A DNA stretch of 64,000 nucleotides from Candidatus Thorarchaeota archaeon (GTDB taxonomy: Archaea > Asgardarchaeota > Thorarchaeia > Thorarchaeales > Thorarchaeaceae). The notes below the pieces were generated by a model, which made no database searches, had not been told where the DNA came from, and saw nothing but the letters and a program-made list of their open reading frames with translations. How positions within the stretch are numbered: the first letter of the stretch is position 1; every line of letters starts with the position of its first letter. The stretch is from the NCBI GenBank assembly GCA_046758445.1, contig JBHIAE010000010.1:1-64000 (forward strand), read 5' to 3'. Made by a program: the position numbers and the translations under genes. This document shows, piece by piece, positions 56,195 to 64,000 of this stretch.

Positions 56195-58006
56195 CTATTC
56201 CACGTAATAGTACTCTCCAGATGCCTTCTGCTGAGTATCCAATCTCGAGCCGTCCTTGTTCACCCTTGGTCTGCCTGTCTGAGAGTCTCTCCTGAATGTG
56301 ACGCCCATCTGTTTAAGAAACGCGTTCATCCCGCTGCGCAGAGTCGTTACAGAAGATGCGATCCCCTTCTTGCCAGGAACTCCTCCAAAAACCACCATGC
56401 TGTCACTCAGGTAGTCAGCCATCAAGATCGAGTGCTCAACCACAAAGGCAGTTCTCATCGAAGTTTGGATTGATCTTCTTATGGCTCTGGAGCTTGCCAG
56501 GCGCTGCTCAATGTCAAGGAAAGCAGATGGCTCGTCAAACAGATAGATGTCGGCATCTTGGGCAAGACATCGGGCAATCGCAGCTCTCTGGAGCTCGCCC
56601 CCGGACAACTCTGAAACAAGATGATCCATGAGATATTCGAGCTCCAGTTTTCGGATCACTGAGGACTTGAAGTCAGCACTATCGACAGTACTTCCACCTG
56701 CTTCCCGGAGATACATCCGAACATTCCCATCGTAGTCAGCGTCAATATACTGAGGTTTGTAGGCAACCTTGAGATCGAATCCAGAAACAGTCTTCTTGGG
56801 GGCCTCACCCTCATCAGGCTCCAAAGCACCTGCAAGCATCCTTACAAAGGTCGTCTTCCCAATACCGTTAGGACCAAGGACACCCACGATTTGCCCGCGA
56901 GTCACACGTCCTCCGTTCACATCTAGCGTGAAGTCTTCAAACTCCTTCTTCATATTGCCGTATTCAACCAGAGTTTCAGCTCCGATGAATTCCTCGTCCT
57001 CTCCTGTCATTCCTTTGAATGAAATCGCGGTATCGCGGAAACGCATGTTCTCGTCAGGGATGTATCCATCAAGGAAGATGTTTACTCCTACCCTAGTACC
57101 GTGGGGATGTGATACGATACCGTAGGTGCCGGGGCCCCCATACAGGATGCAGACAAGATCCGAAACATAGTCCAGGATCGAAAGGTCATGTTCCACTACA
57201 ACAACCGTCTTTCCAAGAGCAGAGAGCTGACGAACAGATCGAGCCACGCGTAGTCTCTCTCGCACGTCGAGATAGGCCGTTGGTTCGTCAAAGAAATAGA
57301 AGTCACCCTCACGCACTATTGCTGCGGTCATCGCGACTCTCTGAAGCTCGCCTCCACTCAGATACTGAATCGGTCGGTCCCAGATCTCACTAAGACCCAT
57401 GTCCTCCTTGAGCCCCTTCAACCTACCTGTAGTATCAGCCGCCTCTAGAAGATCGCTGATGGACTTTTCAGCGACTGTCTTGACTTCTGGTAGGTCGGTG
57501 ATATTTTGAGGCTTGTGAACGGGCGTGATCTTGCCTTCCTGAATCTTCTCGAAGAAGGGCTGTAGCTCAGAACCGCGATACTGTCGGATAATCTCATCCC
57601 AGCCGGGCGGATTCTCCAGATTCCCCAGGTTAGGCTGAAGCTCTCCGGCAAGAATTCTCAAAGCAGTGGTCTTTCCCACGCCGTTCGGGCCTATGACTCC
57701 CAATACCTTGCCCTCCTTGGGTATTGGAAGCCGGAACAGTTTGAATCCGTTGACGCTGTACCGATGACTTGTGTCAGTTTCAAGCTCCTCAGGAAGGTTC
57801 ACTATGCTGATCACATGGTAGGGACATTTCTTGACACAGATAGCTTCACCGGAGCACAGAGCCTCCACTATCGTTGGAGGCTTGTTTGGGCCATCGAGGA
57901 ACACTACTGTCTCGTCCCCGGTTCTGACACGTGGACAGAATCTCTGACACTCATGTGTGCAGTCTTTTGGTCTGCATCGAGATCTGTCGATTACTGCAAT
58001 GCGCAT
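56195..58006 (-). CDS. rli: ABCE1/RLI ribosome recycling ATPase
   Basis: N-terminal Fe-S domain, two nucleotide-binding domains (GPNGVGKTT, GPNGIGKTT, LSGGELQR), RPRVNK.GS. Confidence 0.97.
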   Translation of the reverse strand: MRIAVIDRSRCRPKDCTHECQRFCPRVRTGDETVVFLDGPNKPPTIVEALCSGEAICVKKCPYHVISIVNLPEELETDTSHRYSVNGFKLFRLPIPKEGKVLGVIGPNGVGKTTALRILAGELQPNLGNLENPPGWDEIIRQYRGSELQPFFEKIQEGKITPVHKPQNITDLPEVKTVAEKSISDLLEAADTTGRLKGLKEDMGLSEIWDRPIQYLSGGELQRVAMTAAIVREGDFYFFDEPTAYLDVRERLRVARSVRQLSALGKTVVVVEHDLSILDYVSDLVCILYGGPGTYGIVSHPHGTRVGVNIFLDGYIPDENMRFRDTAISFKGMTGEDEEFIGAETLVEYGNMKKEFEDFTLDVNGGRVTRGQIVGVLGPNGIGKTTFVRMLAGALEPDEGEAPKKTVSGFDLKVAYKPQYIDADYDGNVRMYLREAGGSTVDSADFKSSVIRKLELEYLMDHLVSELSGGELQRAAIARCLAQDADIYLFDEPSAFLDIEQRLASSRAIRRSIQTSMRTAFVVEHSILMADYLSDSMVVFGGVPGKKGIASSVTTLRSGMNAFLKQMGVTFRRDSQTGRPRVNKDGSRLDTQQKASGEYYYVE

Positions 58007-58361
58007 GTGATCACCCTAGTCCTTGAGGGGGATGAGGTCCAGTCTTCTAGACAGTATTTAGCGCTTTCTGACCCGTTTCCTAGAGATCGAGTGAACTTCG
58101 ACTGAAGGAAACTTCCATGTTCCACCCTTCCCTTGCCCGGTGTCGCCACCTCATAAACTCGAACGAGTCTGCAATCAGTAGGGGCTTTGTCTGTCATCAT
58201 TGGAATGAGATTCCTCCTCCAGACCCTGATGACGTACGTGAGTTCTTGGATCAAAAAATGAGGCAGCTGCTAGACTAGTACTCGATGACTCTAGACAGGA
58301 AGCTAAGGGCTGTAATCCGAAACGAGATGGAGGTCACGCTTGACATGCGGAATCTCTGAGG

Positions 58362-58760
58362 ATGATGCCCCACTATCGCTGTTTGGGGTCGGTGTTAAGA
58401 CTGACGGCGTCGGCGGGAAACGCCTCCTATGTAGAACTTGAGAATGCGGATGGAAAGAGATATTCAATCCCTGTCACACAACACCTGTATGACCTGAAAG
58501 AGGTTGGACCCATTAGTCCCGAAGTGATCGAGGAAGATGTAAGGAGCGAACTGGACGATTATACCCTAGGTGAAGAAGACATCCATACAGTACTCGATGA
58601 TTGCTCTTCGTCACCGAGGTATCATCAATATCAAGTCCTCGGAGGCGGAAGACTAATTCGAGTTTCGAAGAAACAAGGGAAATTGGAAGAGATTCTGGAA
58701 ATCCGGAAACGGTGGGGGTACCCACAAACCTTTAGAGCCCAAGCCGAATGTTTTGGGTGA
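58362..58760 (+). CDS. Hypothetical protein (uncertain, possibly a fragment)
   Basis: 132-aa ORF with no recognised motif. Confidence 0.35.
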   Translation: MMPHYRCLGSVLRLTASAGNASYVELENADGKRYSIPVTQHLYDLKEVGPISPEVIEEDVRSELDDYTLGEEDIHTVLDDCSSSPRYHQYQVLGGGRLIRVSKKQGKLEEILEIRKRWGYPQTFRAQAECFG

Positions 58761-58762
58761 AT

Positions 58763-59005
58763 ATGAAGTTACTAGACCGCCTCCTGGGCATCTTCAGCAG
58801 ACAGCGCCGGACAATCTTGGGAGCTGTCGAACAACCTGATGACCTCGCAAATGCAGTGCGCCGCATTAGAGCCCAAGTGTATCTGAGAATAACGGGCAAG
58901 AGCTATTATGAGCCATCCGCTCAAGCCAGCAAGTCAAAGAGTTCTCCAAGTGACATGTCTGAGAGGGTTTCCAGGGTACGCAGAATCACGCGTAGAGATG
59001 CATGA
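58763..59005 (+). CDS. Small basic hypothetical protein
   Basis: ATG after GGGTGA SD; amphipathic N-terminus MKLLDRLLGIF. Confidence 0.5.
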   Translation: MKLLDRLLGIFSRQRRTILGAVEQPDDLANAVRRIRAQVYLRITGKSYYEPSAQASKSKSSPSDMSERVSRVRRITRRDA

Positions 59006-59215
59006 TAGCATTGATATGACATTCTTGGGCCATTCTTACAGGGATGATGATGAAGTAGGGATGGCGAGCGCCTCATCAGCGTGATGAACCTATAAACCGC
59101 AATCTGACCACATTTGTGCATGTCAACATTACCGGATTCACCAACCATCCAATGACCATAGAACCGAGTATAGGTGCGATACTGAACAGCCCCCTTTGAC
59201 GGAGACTCGCTTACA

Positions 59216-59626
59216 TTGATGTCAATTGACTGTGCCCGATTCTGCACCGAAGTCAGAGTCTGTTGTACAGAAACCGAGATGACCCTAACGAGGGCGGATG
59301 TGGAGAGAATCAGCCTGCTCGGTCATTCAGCCAAGGATTACTTGGTACGGGTCACAGCAGGTTTCTGTGAACTGAAGAATGTTGACGGCTACTGCTACTT
59401 CTACGATCGGGACAGCAAGACGTGTCAAATCTATTATGCACGACCAGAAGGTTGTCGGTGGTATCCCATCATCTATGATGCTCGCAGCCGCAAATGTACT
59501 GCTGACAGGGACTGTCCTGCGGCTGATACGGTGACTCGAAATGAGATCAGGAAGGTGAGTAAGAGGGTGAGAACTCTTGTAGAAACTCTGAGACGGGAGG
59601 CCGCTAGTGGTGAGAGCCCGTGCTGA
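59216..59626 (+). CDS. YkgJ-family zinc/iron-chelating protein (CxxCxxCC)
   Basis: C...C.....CC, CYFY....C.IY..RP.GC..YP. Confidence 0.88.
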   Translation: MMSIDCARFCTEVRVCCTETEMTLTRADVERISLLGHSAKDYLVRVTAGFCELKNVDGYCYFYDRDSKTCQIYYARPEGCRWYPIIYDARSRKCTADRDCPAADTVTRNEIRKVSKRVRTLVETLRREAASGESPC

Positions 59627-60467
59627 CCTGCACACTCATTCCATACTCTCAGACGGAAGTGATACACCGACCACGCTTCTGAGGATGGCCGACGAGCTGC
59701 AACTCGGAGGCATTGCCCTCACCGACCATGATACTGTGAAGGGTCTGAGAGAGTTCATGGATGCAGATGCTTCCCCAGATCTGCAGAGAGTCCCGGGTGT
59801 AGAAATGAGTGCAGACTACAATGGAAAGGAAGTCCACATCTTGGGGTACTTCGTTCCTCTCGACTCAGATGAGCTAAATGATAGACTTGAGAACCTCAGG
59901 ACCCGCAGAGAAACCAAGTTCTCAAGGATGGTACAAAGACTTAGAGACCTCGGCATCGACGTTAAGCAGAACGAATTAGATGAGGTTCTCCAGGGAGTTG
60001 AAAGTCAGGCACGTCCTCATCTTGCAAGAGTCCTCGTCCAGAAGGGGATTGTCAGCAGTACAACTGAAGCTTTCGAGGTCTTTCTAGGAGAAGGCAAGCC
60101 GGCCTACGTGAAGAAAGAAAGGCCATCAGCAAGCGAGGTGATTGCTTTTCTTAGATCAATTGGGGCAGTTCCAGTTGTGGCTCATCCTCTGACGATTGGG
60201 GTAGCCAATCTTCGAGCCTTTCTCAAGTTGCTCAAACAGTGGGGTATTGAAGGTGTCGAGGCGGAGTATGACTATGGCCCAGTCGGCATCGTTGGAGGTC
60301 CCAAAGACGTCCAGGCTGCGGCATACGGGCTTGGTTTGATCGAAACGGGAGGAAGCGACTATCACGGCACTAGCGTGGTGATGGCCGACCTCGGAACCCA
60401 CACCGTGTCAGTGGAAGTAATCGAGAAACTGAGGAAAGCGGCAAAGGTCATCCTTTCGGAAGGCTAA
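59607..60467 (+). CDS. PHP-domain phosphoesterase (TrpH/YciV-like)
   Basis: DLHTHS..SDG, LTDHD, GVE, HILGY, RPH.A, AHP, GGSDYHG. Confidence 0.93.
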   Translation: MVRARADLHTHSILSDGSDTPTTLLRMADELQLGGIALTDHDTVKGLREFMDADASPDLQRVPGVEMSADYNGKEVHILGYFVPLDSDELNDRLENLRTRRETKFSRMVQRLRDLGIDVKQNELDEVLQGVESQARPHLARVLVQKGIVSSTTEAFEVFLGEGKPAYVKKERPSASEVIAFLRSIGAVPVVAHPLTIGVANLRAFLKLLKQWGIEGVEAEYDYGPVGIVGGPKDVQAAAYGLGLIETGGSDYHGTSVVMADLGTHTVSVEVIEKLRKAAKVILSEG

Positions 60468-60485
60468 TCTTACACCGACCCTCAG

Positions 60486-61412
60486 TTGCGTCTGAGTGAT
60501 GCGCTGTTGCGAATCATAGATTCCCATGTGCATACATGGACCAAAGAGATAATCAGCGACAAGGACCTTGAGGCACGGCGGATAGCGGCTGAGAGAGAGG
60601 GGATCAAGCCACAGCTCGATTCCCCCATTGAGAGCCTAAGGATGGCCATGCAAAAGGCGGGCATAGAGAAAGCCGTAGTGCTGCCTATAGACAGTGGTCT
60701 TAATCAAGAGATGCCTCTGACTCTCACAGAGAAGACTGACTGGCACGCCGACGAAGTGAGTGGTGATGCCAATATAGCAACTTTTGTAGGATTGGACCCC
60801 CGGCGGGGTGACGTGGGTCTCGCGGAACTTGAGAGGGCTGTGAAGGAGAAGGGCTGTTGCGGATGGAAGATGTATCCTCCGAATGGGTTCTACCCCGATG
60901 AACTGGAGTTCTACCCCTACTACGAGTTGTGTACGAAATTGGGAGTCCCCGTAACGATACATTCGGGGTTCACATCAAGGTTCAAGCACATGAAATACGC
61001 CCAGCCAGTTTACATAGACAAGGTTGCGGCTGACTTTCCAGGCCTCAAGATTGTAATCGCACATGCTGGTGTGCCATGGGTCGATGAAGCTCTAGCAGTG
61101 GCCGCAAAGAACCCAAACGTTTCAATCGATGTTTCAGGTTGGCAGGCATTTGCGTCGAGAGTGCCAATCAAAGTATACAGGATGATTGGAGATGCGAAAC
61201 TCATGAAGGTGTTTCCCAACCGCGTGCTATGGGGAAGCGACTTTCCGCTCTTTGAGCATTTCATGCCAATCGAGAAATGGACAGAATTCTTTCTCAAGTT
61301 TAAAGTTCCAAAGTCCCTTCTTGATACTGGATACCCGCCGATCACAGAGGATGAGATTGATTCAATGATGTGGAAGAATGCTGCGCGCCTGTTCTTTGGT
61401 GAGAAAGCATGA
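60486..61412 (+). CDS. Amidohydrolase-2 family metal-dependent hydrolase
   Basis: IDSHVH, K.YP, IHSG, IAHAG.PW, WGSDFP. Confidence 0.9.
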   Translation: MRLSDALLRIIDSHVHTWTKEIISDKDLEARRIAAEREGIKPQLDSPIESLRMAMQKAGIEKAVVLPIDSGLNQEMPLTLTEKTDWHADEVSGDANIATFVGLDPRRGDVGLAELERAVKEKGCCGWKMYPPNGFYPDELEFYPYYELCTKLGVPVTIHSGFTSRFKHMKYAQPVYIDKVAADFPGLKIVIAHAGVPWVDEALAVAAKNPNVSIDVSGWQAFASRVPIKVYRMIGDAKLMKVFPNRVLWGSDFPLFEHFMPIEKWTEFFLKFKVPKSLLDTGYPPITEDEIDSMMWKNAARLFFGEKA

Positions 61413-61891
61413 TCAAGTTCGTTGTCGATGCCATGTTGGGGAAGCTCTCACTTTGGCTCAGATTGGTCGGTTATGACACCCTATACTCGACTGATATCCA
61501 TGACGATGATCTCTTGACGATTGCCGAGAGAGAGGGTCGCTACTTGCTCACAGCGGACGCGAGCCTACACCAGAGAGCCAGGGAGAGAGCTATCGATTCA
61601 ATGCTTCTTAGAGGAAGCGTGGATGAGAGAGTTACCAGAGTCTTCCAAGAGTTTGGAATCCCTCCGCAAATTGATCCTTCGAAGTCGAGATGTTCCAAAT
61701 GCAATGGAGAACTGACAGAGATTGGTGCAAGTGAGAAAGAGAGAGTGAAGGACCTGGTCTTTGACGACACTTACAACCATTACGAGAAGTTCTGGCTCTG
61801 CAATGATTGCCAAAGCGTCTTCTTTCAGGGTGGTCAGTGGGAAAACATGCAGAAGTATATGTTGAGAATTGAGAAACTCATGAGTACTTGA
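61409..61891 (+). CDS. Mut7-C RNase (PIN-like) domain protein
   Basis: VDAMLGKL..WLRL.GYDT, RCSKCN, C..C...F..G..W. Confidence 0.92.
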   Translation: MIKFVVDAMLGKLSLWLRLVGYDTLYSTDIHDDDLLTIAEREGRYLLTADASLHQRARERAIDSMLLRGSVDERVTRVFQEFGIPPQIDPSKSRCSKCNGELTEIGASEKERVKDLVFDDTYNHYEKFWLCNDCQSVFFQGGQWENMQKYMLRIEKLMST

Positions 61892-61911
61892 GAATCATGA
61901 GAACGGACGTG

Positions 61912-62367
61912 TCACGCTGCTTCTTCAACAGAGATGTCATATTCAATGGGGATGCAATCAGCAATGGAGCGACTCAGATGGCAATATTCCTTCATCAATT
62001 CTGAACAACGTTCTCCAACACTCTGCTCGCCCTGAGATACGACAATGCTTCCTGCAACCTTCACTCCAACTATTTTGTACCCGGACCCATCAAACTCAGC
62101 AGTCGCATGACCCTCCAAATCAAGTGAGAGCAGCGTCATCTCGAAGCGACGCTGGAAGTCGAGGAAAGTGTTATTCAGACATCCAAGAAGTGCGGACACG
62201 AACAACTCATCAGGACAGATGCCCTCGCCCTTCCCCCCGAAAGTACTAGGCGTATCTATGACGACCTTCTGATTGTCTGTGACATAGCTCGTACATCCTG
62301 TTTTTCCATCCCAGGAGCTTCTCGCGCGGTACTCAACTTCCTCCGGGTATATTGGCTTCGGCTTCAT
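61912..62367 (-). CDS. OsmC/Ohr family protein
   Basis: GG.G....PDELF..AL.GC and YC..S Cys pair. Confidence 0.9.
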   Translation of the reverse strand: MKPKPIYPEEVEYRARSSWDGKTGCTSYVTDNQKVVIDTPSTFGGKGEGICPDELFVSALLGCLNNTFLDFQRRFEMTLLSLDLEGHATAEFDGSGYKIVGVKVAGSIVVSQGEQSVGERCSELMKEYCHLSRSIADCIPIEYDISVEEAA

Positions 62368-62516
62368 CTTTCTTTCTCTCCGTCGTCGGGCCTTGTGGCC
62401 AGATGGTTAAGGATTCCGGTCACAAGCGATTCTCAGTTGAAGCGGATTGTACGGATCGTTGCTAGTCAGCAAGTCATTTAAACCGACCAGCTATTGACAC
62501 CGCGGAGTCTGGACCT

Positions 62517-63560
62517 ATGGCACGACGAATGAATGCTGCTATGTTTCACGGCATCGGTGATGTAAGATATGAAGAAACCGATGTCCCGACGATAGGACCC
62601 GGTGAGCTCCTGATCAGAGTGGGAACGGCTCTGACTTGTGGGACTGACGTGAAGACCTTCAAGAGGGGGCACCCCATCTTACTCAGACACACACCAGCGC
62701 TCTTCGGACACGAATACGCGGGAACCATCGAGAAAGTGGGAGAGGGCGTGGAGGGCTTTGAGATGGACATGCGAGTCGTAGCCACAAACTCAGCACCCTG
62801 CGGTTCCTGCTTCTTCTGTAAACGGGGTAGTCCCAATCTCTGTGATGAGCTGAAATCATCATTTGTTAACGGCGCCTTCGCAGAGTATGTTCGCGTGCCT
62901 GAGCCAGTCGTTAGATGGAACACACATCGAATACCTGATTCGCTATCATTTCGTGATGCCGCTTTGACTGAACCCTTGGCCTGTGTCGTGCACGGTATCG
63001 AAGAAGCGAACATTCAGTTGGGGGACACAGTGGCCGTCATCGGAGCAGGCCCGATAGGTCAGATGATGATAATGCTTGCAAAGAAGCGGGGTGCTTCAGT
63101 GGTGATCGCATCTGACTTGGCCAAGCTACGACGGGCCACTGCAAAACAAGCTGGCGCTGACGTCGTGATAGACCCAGCGAAGGAAGATCCAATCCAACGG
63201 GTGAAGGAGGAAACTTCTGGATACGGAGCGGATGTGGTGATTGAAGCTGTTGGCCTTCCTGCGACGTGGGTACAGGCCGTGGACATGACACGTGAGGCAG
63301 GAATGACAGTTCTTTTTGGTGGAGCAGCGTCTGGTACGAAGTTCGAGCTTGACACGGTCCGATTCCATTATGGTCAGCTCACCATAAAGGGTGTCTTTCA
63401 TCTTGCACCCAGACATGTTGAACAGGCTCTCAAGCTAATCATCGCCGGAAACGTGGATAGTGATTTGCTCGTTTCTCATGAGATGCCTCTGGAGAAGATT
63501 GTTGACGCTCTCAAGATGATGAGTGCCGGAGAGAGTATGAAGATAGCCATCAAACCCTGA
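62517..63560 (+). CDS. Zn-dependent alcohol dehydrogenase (threonine/sorbitol dehydrogenase-like)
   Basis: CGTD, GHE, CGSCFFC..G.PNLC, EPLAC, GAGPIG. Confidence 0.93.
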   Translation: MARRMNAAMFHGIGDVRYEETDVPTIGPGELLIRVGTALTCGTDVKTFKRGHPILLRHTPALFGHEYAGTIEKVGEGVEGFEMDMRVVATNSAPCGSCFFCKRGSPNLCDELKSSFVNGAFAEYVRVPEPVVRWNTHRIPDSLSFRDAALTEPLACVVHGIEEANIQLGDTVAVIGAGPIGQMMIMLAKKRGASVVIASDLAKLRRATAKQAGADVVIDPAKEDPIQRVKEETSGYGADVVIEAVGLPATWVQAVDMTREAGMTVLFGGAASGTKFELDTVRFHYGQLTIKGVFHLAPRHVEQALKLIIAGNVDSDLLVSHEMPLEKIVDALKMMSAGESMKIAIKP

Positions 63561-63597
63561 ACCCGCATCAATAACAGAACTACAAGGTGATTTCAAC

Positions 63598-64000
63598 TTG
63601 AGCCGCGAGAACAAAGAAACACTGCGGGACAAGGTCGCCATCTACAGGGCCAGGCACAAGCAGCGTGCCGGCACTAGAAGACTCAGGGACAACGAGAAGG
63701 CTCTGATTGAAATCATCCAGGGTCTGGACAATGACTACGAGGGCCTTCTTGTGGTTGTGGAGGGAAAGCGGGACGAGTCTGTGCTCAGAAGTCTTGGTTT
63801 GAGAGCCCCTATAGTCAAGACCCAGAGTGGAGTTCCTAGGCCGAGATTCATCGACAAGCTGGCCTCCCAAGCAGGTAAGAAAGGGCAAGTGCTCATCCTG
63901 ACCGATTTTGATCAGAAAGGAAATGAGATTTCCAGTCACATTGGACGGGAATTGGATATCCGGGGTGTGAAAGTTCTTAGAAGGATACGGCGAGAAATCA
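63598..64000 (+). CDS. TOPRIM-domain protein (small primase/RNase M5-like), truncated at the window end
   Basis: Translated by hand from TTG at 63598 after GGTGA: VVVEGKRD..VLRSLG, ILTDFDQKG. Confidence 0.88.
   Translation, partial: MSRENKETLRDKVAIYRARHKQRAGTRRLRDNEKALIEIIQGLDNDYEGLLVVVEGKRDESVLRSLGLRAPIVKTQSGVPRPRFIDKLASQAGKKGQVLILTDFDQKGNEISSHIGRELDIRGVKVLRRIRREI

Noticed and set aside
63580-63939. Minus-strand 119-aa ORF
   Set aside because: It is antisense to the TOPRIM gene on the plus strand

Overview
Gene-dense archaeal chromosomal window, most likely from an Asgard archaeon (Thorarchaeia-like; inferred from the ESCRT-I/II/III + Vps4 genes alongside archaeal information-processing genes). 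All family assignments come from visual motif recognition, not database searches. Housekeeping content: TFB (partial), ArgRS, TldD/TldE, AspRS, PolB1, a nurA-herA-mre11-rad50 operon, archaeosine genes (arcS, RaSEA), an Hrq1/MrfA-like helicase, two thioredoxins, two tRNA-Arg genes, TPI, FBP aldolase/phosphatase, uridine phosphorylase and ABCE1. The most interesting region is a five-gene ESCRT locus (5.9-11.0 kb) with no ubiquitin genes. It holds a Zn-finger + PH/GRAM(GLUE)-like + steadiness-box (Vps23-like) protein lacking a UEV domain, an ESCRT-III (Vps2/24/46 type), Vps4, Vps25 and a Vps28N-Vps22/36 fusion. This suggests a hard-wired, possibly ubiquitin-independent ESCRT-I/II module. Other notable items: a cytoplasmic IFT52-like GIFT-domain protein; a TPR/Zn-finger gene inserted between two GT-C glycosyltransferase paralogs and flanked by 147-bp, ~82% identical direct repeats; a methanogenesis-marker-9-like domain protein; and several enzyme-fold proteins that have lost metal ligands. 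No CRISPR array, transposase or integrase was seen.
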